Assembly: GCA_049115575.1 (NCBI GenBank)
Contig: JAGDZU010000001.1
Coordinates: forward strand, 30,851 to 94,850
DNA from: Bacteroidia bacterium
Lineage (GTDB): Bacteria > Bacteroidota > Bacteroidia > NS11-12g > UBA9320
Direction: 5' to 3'
Length of the DNA stretch: 64,000 nt
In this document: positions 59,401 to 64,000 of the stretch, in pieces
How positions within the stretch are numbered: position 1 is the stretch's first letter
Layout: the number at the start of each line of letters is the position of its first letter
Notes under the pieces: generated by a model
Database searches by the model: none
The model's input: only the letters and a program-made list of their open reading frames with translations
What the model was told of the DNA's origin: nothing
Program-made: the position numbers and the translations under genes

Positions 59401-60623
59401 TTAGAGAAAGGGCAGATTTGATTACAAGTGGTAATTGTGTAAATGAGTTGATCAACCTTAGAGCAAACCCATATAGTGCTGACTCTGTAAGTTCCGTTTC
59501 TTGGACTGTAGATGGGTTTGACCTCTCGGGATTGAATGTGAACTATCTATTTCCATCTAGTGGAGTATATAATGTAAATCAAATAGTCACCACCAATAGA
59601 GGTTGTACAAGTTCCAATAATTTTAACATTACTGTAGATCCTGCTCCAACGGCAGTTTTAGGAACAGAACTGTTTTGCAATGACAATCAGGTGAGATTCT
59701 CGAGCAATTCTACCAATAACCAATGGTCTTTAGGTGATGGCAATGTATCTAGTTTAGCCAACTTTGTTCACGATTATGCATCTGTTGGGAGCTACCCTGT
59801 TGAACTCATAGTTACTAACCAATTTGGTTGTAAAGACACTGCAACTCAATTGGTGGTTATATCTAACATAGTGATTCCTGAATTCAGTATTGAAAACCTT
59901 TGTGAAGACGAGAAGCAGTGGGTAGTTAATTTAACATCTGGTCAGGGCGTACCATTGTCAAAGGCGGAATTTGATATGGGTAACGGAGACTTAATTCAAT
60001 CTTTTGATTCCTTTGAATATGCATATAATACAGCTGGAACATATGATGTGAAATTAACAGTAACTACTAGCACAGGTTGTGATTATGACACTTCTCAGCA
60101 GCTTGTAGTACATCCTTTACCTACAGCAGGTTTTAGTTTTAGCCCTGTAGAAGCCGATATATTCAACTCAGTGATTGTTTTTACAGACGAAAGCCAAGGG
60201 GCCGATCAATTGTGGTATTTAATAAGTGATGGTGGTAGCTATCAGATTCCGGACTTTAGCCATGAATTCCTAGATAGCGGGAGTTATAGTGTTAAGCAAT
60301 GGGTGAACACTCAATTTGGTTGCTCAGATAGTATAACCAAAGAAGTTTATATCAGATACGCTTACAGATTGCACATTCCAAATGTGTTCACTCCAAATCA
60401 AGATGGACTGAATGAAAGCTTTAAACCAGTAGGAATCGGCTTGAAGTCCTATGAGCTTGAAATTTATAACAGATGGGGTGAATTAATCTTCCGCTCATTG
60501 GGCCCAAATGATGCCTGGGATGGTCAAGACGCTATCCAAGGTTATTACCTTTATAACATCAGAGCCATCGACTTTGAAGACAATGTTCACAGCTATAAAG
60601 GTGGCGTGTATCTATTAAAATAG
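53412..60623 (+). CDS. Giant cell-surface adhesin-like protein with PKD/Ig-like repeats and a T9SS type B C-terminal domain (gliding-motility-associated CTD)
   Basis: Signal peptide and repeated PKD-like modules of about 80-90 aa in the C-terminal half (W.FGDG..S...P.H.Y...G.Y.V.L.V...GC.D-like). Terminal type-B CTD (PNVFTPNQDGLNESFKP ... YELEIYNRWGELIF ... WDGQ ... YYLYNI). Confidence 0.75.
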   Translation: MRFITLLAVALMAQISVWGQSKVSVTITKPSEFHLCIVSDLVDIEVRNITTGTVTGLEVQLDLPTGVQYDSNSVLGVGISEKNVSNLSKPIFSVDDLAFASSRTLSFKLKIDCSVSAFLNGGGIAQIKSITNYTGGSVNENSTALNIKQPSLQIQSISKQLYTADVGEVFVREIKLKNSGTGKIAQFELRRIYENGLIHVGTSGKTNQSSLDTFWTFLDSSDIVLQGNYDKFLDLNEEVVISDTMRVDGCNNLGTDYSVAWGCYGVFCDVKKASANVSISNKNPDIVFTPRSYTSNCLDKSTNHLQELIIYNKGDDTARQFDLHLFQSRGTGFSIYVLSEMDYNSFRTRTSLNGATSNIIPYKASNGAATGIYACLNSNSVGEAFFNLGNIAPGDSVIMSWNSISCCPTICNASVFISHRWKFESNFKDQCDKLNSTPEGWGSYGLTQSVVISKFTPTDILDGQTKRLEYSFSNGYLLRPRASSQLTVELVLPSGLSHSLLKSDIEFRHPNGSNWQPDYFSSNGDTVRAFFNGVPKVTLTRGELLIDIKGDCGSGSGNKDVTYDFTLKYNPDTTCSSNCAYKVYCTTDKIKVHCATSCSAGLHFNDFEAKRVNYGLPDANNDGIADASGNIDLDKIKTHKVMVGDTLVTTFRADVGNAGSITNWYHGKATSKVTFGSYLKVEDVRIKIYRNSGLLFNCNNIIYSSTTVGTTQTFTFDIGYTNLTNSGCVTYSTFSYLSVDSIELEVTYVVDQNPGNAERQMYFDNDFYLSSVASPTSSQKYQCDSFSAKMSLIGYYFTNYGRNLINASGCSDFYANQNFYLSVGRCCTNYGGGNIFPYEYRPWAKLNEIIFNKPAGFDVKNGRFIQYRTAGTGAVGTQRIDTISPSTVSPTSINYRTDSLYEDLGGPILISDDGFHGTFTATLEANCLAQSGAHSLEYGFVFEKLAVLGGGLDTLYSNAQDDQVNYAKPEFNIIPKDPYIYAESDTVEWDVRVINITANSAAENVWIGAQVSPNVELVEVIDLKTNTPLVKQNDLFLIGPYGILEQKDYRLRAVYKSCATDSVKLELGFDCRGYTDSIADFPCNTTSINLYYEPINTRLEANILDSTSQAHLCEDQFYNIQIRNTGAPKVFDVYLDMLLRPGMILKDTAWLFVDGRADSTMITNPVWINGNTKRWNISSQDSLLLNLGMNGVKSSDGYVLTLRVVISTDCDFTSSTSFLIKPGGYLKCGTPVNAGFSIGDPIDIIGVTKPYFSSLAYKMNPLEVCEFIDSTYVSFINLGPDTTGHTDQIIISLPEGITIDTNFLSVINQGPTSYKYEFKNGENVFSYKLPSGITVGDSSVFYLKTQLSNTELSCETQQIFVQAVIEQSVLCVKDSSYCDINVATSSVVITDTVKKAEYALAFGSATSIATGNNETVSLNYDISNVGLSKRINDLLVVDLILDQNGNGLVDPGDSLLLSDSVWSAISSNSSINRVLNFDVLSNKTCDLLLSIDSTNCACETTVIRIPFIQLLNAGPDTLACPGVSFSIGQAGNAFVNYSWNNGSFLSDSNLSRTVFTGVNTTTSQLSIEMVLLSDKGKCSSSDTMYVTLNPGMQLNLVDSVKMCKGSRVLIGDPVIGGVGTLKDYVWSPIDSLSRPTGVRTYANPTVSTMYKVQITDDSACVISDSTYVEVIETPLADFELRDTCANSLVSFKNTSDFYSEPVDSVLWTFGSLSSSQLYSPSVFIDSSQFMQIELYIGNSQGCWDTTTKTLELYPLPNAAMEIRDDCEGDTSLFKALSTIEYGSLNHEWLINGDNFNSNQLLYTLPLGNAQEVLLKVWSDKGCYDQLKDTIVLFEKPLLDISAGNHCFGDSITISGAQLANDALVSYQWLVNGVAVSQSQQFNHLMLDTGIHNILFMAETANSCRDTAGLQVKTNELPISNFVGNDLCLQDTFFYADRSTISNGSISQVYWDLGSGFVLGADSSFYIPISQGLINLGQKVISDNGCLDSSYQNFNVHFRERADLITSGNCVNELINLRANPYSADSVSSVSWTVDGFDLSGLNVNYLFPSSGVYNVNQIVTTNRGCTSSNNFNITVDPAPTAVLGTELFCNDNQVRFSSNSTNNQWSLGDGNVSSLANFVHDYASVGSYPVELIVTNQFGCKDTATQLVVISNIVIPEFSIENLCEDEKQWVVNLTSGQGVPLSKAEFDMGNGDLIQSFDSFEYAYNTAGTYDVKLTVTTSTGCDYDTSQQLVVHPLPTAGFSFSPVEADIFNSVIVFTDESQGADQLWYLISDGGSYQIPDFSHEFLDSGSYSVKQWVNTQFGCSDSITKEVYIRYAYRLHIPNVFTPNQDGLNESFKPVGIGLKSYELEIYNRWGELIFRSLGPNDAWDGQDAIQGYYLYNIRAIDFEDNVHSYKGGVYLLK

Positions 60624-60686
60624 AATTTAGACTCATTTCATGTTGATTAATAAGTTGTAGCAAGGCTGTTTTTTACAGATAAGTCC

Positions 60687-60694
60687 TATTTTTG
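60687..60694 (+). promoter_or_regulatory. Bacteroidetes -7 promoter element (TATTTTTG) upstream of hppA
   Basis: TAnnTTTG consensus 18 nt before the ATG. Confidence 0.35.
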
Positions 60695-60711
60695 CGCCCT
60701 TTAAAATTACT

Positions 60712-63018
60712 ATGAAAGAGAATTTGATTTACATCTTGCCAATCTTCGGAGTTATTGGACTGATAGTCATGGCTTTAAAAGCCAGATGGGTGAACAAACA
60801 AGACGCTGGAGAGGAGAAAATGCAAACCCTTGCAAACTACGTTAAAGAGGGAGCATTGGCATTTCTTAAAGCGGAATACAGAATCTTAGCAATATTTGTT
60901 GTGATAGCGGGTGCATTATTAGCACTACTTTCTACTTATGTTGAAACTACACATTGGTTTATTGTAATTGCATTTGTAGTTGGAGCCGTGTTTTCTGCTG
61001 TTGCCGGAAATATTGGAATGAGAATTGCAACTTCTGCCAATGTTCGAACTACTCAGGCAGCTCGAACTAGTTTACCTCAAGCACTCAAAGTTTCTTTTAA
61101 CGGAGGAACAGTAATGGGTTTAGGTGTTGCAGGACTTGCAGTATTTGGTCTAAGTGCCATTTTTGCAATGCTTTTTGGGCATTTTGTAACCGGTGGAAAT
61201 TTCTATGATGAAATGACCATCGTTCTTGAAACCCTAGCTGGATTTTCTCTAGGTGCGGAGTCTATTGCACTTTTTGCTAGAGTAGGTGGAGGAATTTATA
61301 CTAAAGCAGCTGATGTTGGAGCGGATCTTGTTGGTAAAGTAGAAGCTGGTATTCCAGAAGATGATCCAAGAAACCCTGCTACCATAGCAGATAATGTTGG
61401 TGACAACGTAGGTGACGTTGCAGGTATGGGTGCCGATCTTTTCGGTTCATATGTGGCTACAGTTCTTGCATCTATGGTGTTAGGAAACTATATAGTAAAA
61501 GACATGGCTGAAAACGGTCAGGTGCTGGATAATTTTACGGGTACAGGTCCAATTTTACTTCCAATAGTAATTGCCGCAATAGGAATCATTTTTTCTATTG
61601 TAGGTACCTTCTTCATAAAAATTAAGTCTAACGAGGCCAAAGAAGCGGATGTTCAAAGAGCATTGAACATTGGTAATTGGGTTGCTTTAGGTCTTACAGC
61701 TTTTGCGGGTTATTTCGTGATAGATATGATGTTACCAGAAGTACTTCAAATGAAATTCTTTGGAGAAGATGGAGCTAGAGTTGTTCCAAGAATTAATATT
61801 TTCTACGCAACACTTATAGGTCTTGCAGTTGGAGGTTTAATTTCATTCTTTACAGAATACTACACTGGACTGGGTAAAAAGCCAGTTTTAAATATTGTAA
61901 AAAATTCATCCACTGGAGCAGCCACTAACATAATTGCTGGTTTGGCTACTGGGATGATTTCTACTTTTTCATCAGTTCTGTTATTCGCAGCTGCTATTTG
62001 GGCTTCTTATGCTTTTGCTGGTTTTTATGGTGTAGCTATTGCAGCTAGTGCAATGATGGCAACAACAGCTATGCAATTAGCAATAGACGCATTTGGACCA
62101 ATTGCCGATAACGCTGGCGGTATAGCTGAAATGAGTGAGCTTCCAGAAGAGGTAAGAGGAAGAACTGATATTTTAGACTCTGTAGGAAATACAACAGCTG
62201 CTGTTGGTAAAGGATTTGCAATTGCATCTGCTGCACTTACGGCTCTGGCCTTGTTCGCCGCATACGTAACCTTTACGGGCATAGATGGTATTAATATATT
62301 TAAAGCACCTGTGCTATCTGCTCTCTTTGTAGGGGGAATGGTGCCTGTGGTCTTTTCGGCATTAGCTATGCAGAGTGTTGGTAAAGCAGCCATGGAGATG
62401 GTGAAAGAGGTAAGAAGACAATTCAAGGAAATTCCAGGAATTATGGAAGGAACTGGAGAGCCAGAATATGGTAAATGTGTAGATATTTCTACCAAAGCCG
62501 CATTAAAAGAAATGATGCTCCCTGGTGCTCTAACAATCCTCAGCCCTTTATTGGTAGCTTTCTTAACCGGATTCTTTACAGGAGACTGGCTATTAGCTGC
62601 CGAAGTATTAGGTGGTTATATGGCTGGTGTATGTGTGAGTGGAGTTCTTTGGGCTATTTTCCAGAATAATGCTGGTGGAGCTTGGGACAACGCCAAGAAG
62701 TCTTTTGAGGCGGGTGTTGAAATAGATGGTGAAATGACGTTCAAAGGTTCAGAAGCTCATAAAGCAGCCGTTACTGGTGACACTGTTGGAGATCCTTTTA
62801 AGGATACTTCAGGACCGTCAATGAACATTTTAATCAAATTAACATGTCTTGTTGGACTAGTGATTGCTCCAATATTGCACCAAAAGGCTATGGAGAGCAA
62901 ATTGACTGTTAATAACGGAAGTGAGAATAATATTATCTTCGTAGAACCCGTTAGCCAGTCAGAAACACCTTCTTGCTGTGCAGACAAGGGAATGATGGAA
63001 GACATTAAAGCGCTCTAA
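60712..63018 (+). CDS. hppA: Membrane-bound proton/sodium-translocating pyrophosphatase
   Basis: Signature motifs [19 protein letters not shown] and [18 protein letters not shown]; 768 aa polytopic. Confidence 0.9.
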   Translation: MKENLIYILPIFGVIGLIVMALKARWVNKQDAGEEKMQTLANYVKEGALAFLKAEYRILAIFVVIAGALLALLSTYVETTHWFIVIAFVVGAVFSAVAGNIGMRIATSANVRTTQAARTSLPQALKVSFNGGTVMGLGVAGLAVFGLSAIFAMLFGHFVTGGNFYDEMTIVLETLAGFSLGAESIALFARVGGGIYTKAADVGADLVGKVEAGIPEDDPRNPATIADNVGDNVGDVAGMGADLFGSYVATVLASMVLGNYIVKDMAENGQVLDNFTGTGPILLPIVIAAIGIIFSIVGTFFIKIKSNEAKEADVQRALNIGNWVALGLTAFAGYFVIDMMLPEVLQMKFFGEDGARVVPRINIFYATLIGLAVGGLISFFTEYYTGLGKKPVLNIVKNSSTGAATNIIAGLATGMISTFSSVLLFAAAIWASYAFAGFYGVAIAASAMMATTAMQLAIDAFGPIADNAGGIAEMSELPEEVRGRTDILDSVGNTTAAVGKGFAIASAALTALALFAAYVTFTGIDGINIFKAPVLSALFVGGMVPVVFSALAMQSVGKAAMEMVKEVRRQFKEIPGIMEGTGEPEYGKCVDISTKAALKEMMLPGALTILSPLLVAFLTGFFTGDWLLAAEVLGGYMAGVCVSGVLWAIFQNNAGGAWDNAKKSFEAGVEIDGEMTFKGSEAHKAAVTGDTVGDPFKDTSGPSMNILIKLTCLVGLVIAPILHQKAMESKLTVNNGSENNIIFVEPVSQSETPSCCADKGMMEDIKAL

Positions 63019-63055
63019 GATTCTTAGAACAAGTAAACATATTGACCAAATAAAG

Positions 63056-63838
63056 GTGAGATCTACTACTTCAAAGTTCAATCTTCAAAACTTTGCCAAA
63101 GTATGCATGATCAGCTTCTTTTTGCTAGCGAACTCAGCATTTACCAGCGTGGTAGATGACGAAAGCTCTAGCCCAAAAAGATTAATCACCTTAACATCAG
63201 ACGAGTTTTCGAGATATACTTCTTTGGTATACCACCACTTAAGTTTTGATAAAGATACCTTAGACTATGAGGTGTTGCACAAGGCTTTAAAGGGATATAC
63301 ATACTTGAAAGCAACAGATCAATTAGAGAATGACCGCTATTTAACGGTTATTGATTTCACCCAATACTGTAACGATAAAAGGCTATGGGTAATTGACCTT
63401 CAAGAAAAGAAAGTCATCTTTAATGAGTTGGTTGCTCATGGAAGGAGGTCTGGAAGTTCTTTTGCAAACACCTTTAGCAATCAGCATCGATCCAATAAAA
63501 GCTCATTGGGATTCTATATAACGGGTGGAACATATCAAGGCAGAAATGGACTTTCGCTTAAATTGAATGGTATAGAAAAGCGCTTTAATAGCAATGCATT
63601 TTCTAGAGGAATAGTGATTCATGGAGCGAATTATGTAAATAATCGTTTCGTAGACAACAACGAAAGAATTGGAAGGAGTTTTGGCTGCCCGGCAGTTGAT
63701 GCCAAGGTAAATAGGGAATTGGTAAGTATTCTAAAAGGAGGGAGCTGCTTGTTTGTTTATCACAGCTCACCCTATTACAATGCTCAATCCTATTTGGTTA
63801 ATGCAGACTTATATATTCCTGCTGAAGAATTAAAATAA
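63056..63838 (+). CDS. L,D-transpeptidase catalytic-domain family protein (YkuD/YafK-like)
   Basis: Signal peptide and catalytic motif HGANYV ... GRSFGCPAV (His ... Cys). The start is uncertain; MISFFLL is an alternative start. Confidence 0.6.
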   Translation: MRSTTSKFNLQNFAKVCMISFFLLANSAFTSVVDDESSSPKRLITLTSDEFSRYTSLVYHHLSFDKDTLDYEVLHKALKGYTYLKATDQLENDRYLTVIDFTQYCNDKRLWVIDLQEKKVIFNELVAHGRRSGSSFANTFSNQHRSNKSSLGFYITGGTYQGRNGLSLKLNGIEKRFNSNAFSRGIVIHGANYVNNRFVDNNERIGRSFGCPAVDAKVNRELVSILKGGSCLFVYHSSPYYNAQSYLVNADLYIPAEELK

Positions 63839-63855
63839 AGCACAAGGCATATTTC

Positions 63856-64000
63856 ATGCGAAAGATGCTTCTTCATATATCGGCTGTAGTATTCATCTTT
63901 CTTCTCAGCTCTTGCGGTAAGAATAAGAAGGTAGTTACAGAATCAGAACTCGTATTACATCCAGATACAGTTTCAACCTATGTAAAGAATATCCTAAATA
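63856..64000 (+). CDS. Hypothetical lipoprotein, 3'-truncated at the window edge
   Basis: ATG at 63856, signal peptide plus lipobox (LLSSCGK), frame open to the window end. Confidence 0.35.
   Translation, partial: MRKMLLHISAVVFIFLLSSCGKNKKVVTESELVLHPDTVSTYVKNILN

Noticed and set aside
1-64000. Search for tRNA/rRNA genes, transposases, integrases, phage genes and defence systems (restriction-modification, toxin-antitoxin, retrons, Cas)
   Set aside because: No ORF showed transposase, integrase, recombinase or nuclease signatures. Intergenic regions are short apart from 13900-14318, 16361-16795 and 53128-53411, and those show no tRNA-like T-arm/anticodon architecture by eye. A covariance-model scan would be needed to exclude small RNAs formally.

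Overview
This window looks like a Bacteroidota chromosome (Flavobacteriia/Cytophagia-like). It is AT-rich, several genes are preceded by the Bacteroidetes -7 promoter motif TAnnTTTG, and there are many type IX secretion system (T9SS) components and cargo. Housekeeping genes include mrdA (5'-truncated) and rodA, ahcY, icmF, sucC, tsaC, nnr, pcm, lepA, hppA, an M13 peptidase, a crotonase and an amidase. A conserved T9SS/gliding block is porV and porU (minus strand), then divergently a PorP/SprF-family gene and a GldJ-like FGE-family lipoprotein. Accessory content includes a periplasmic-TPR class III nucleotidyl cyclase, a TetR-OMP-MacB-like ABC-LolA-like export cluster, and a sulfotransferase and a PAPS-reductase-family gene flanking that cluster. 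There is also a His/Met-rich lipoprotein-OMP module (possibly copper handling), a DsrE/TusE(DsrC)-like/SQR-like sulfur module, two T9SS type-A CTD cargo proteins, and a 2403-aa PKD-repeat protein with a type-B CTD. The most unusual locus is a tight three-gene operon at about 34.4-38.4 kb: a mini T9SS cargo, a small outer-membrane beta-barrel and a 949-aa secreted protein. The secreted protein consists of about 31 tandem, highly acidic 20-aa repeats, and the 60-bp DNA units differ almost only at synonymous sites. I found no tRNA or rRNA genes, CRISPR arrays, transposases or integrases. All calls rest on motif and family recognition by eye and on the supplied ORF track; no searches were run.
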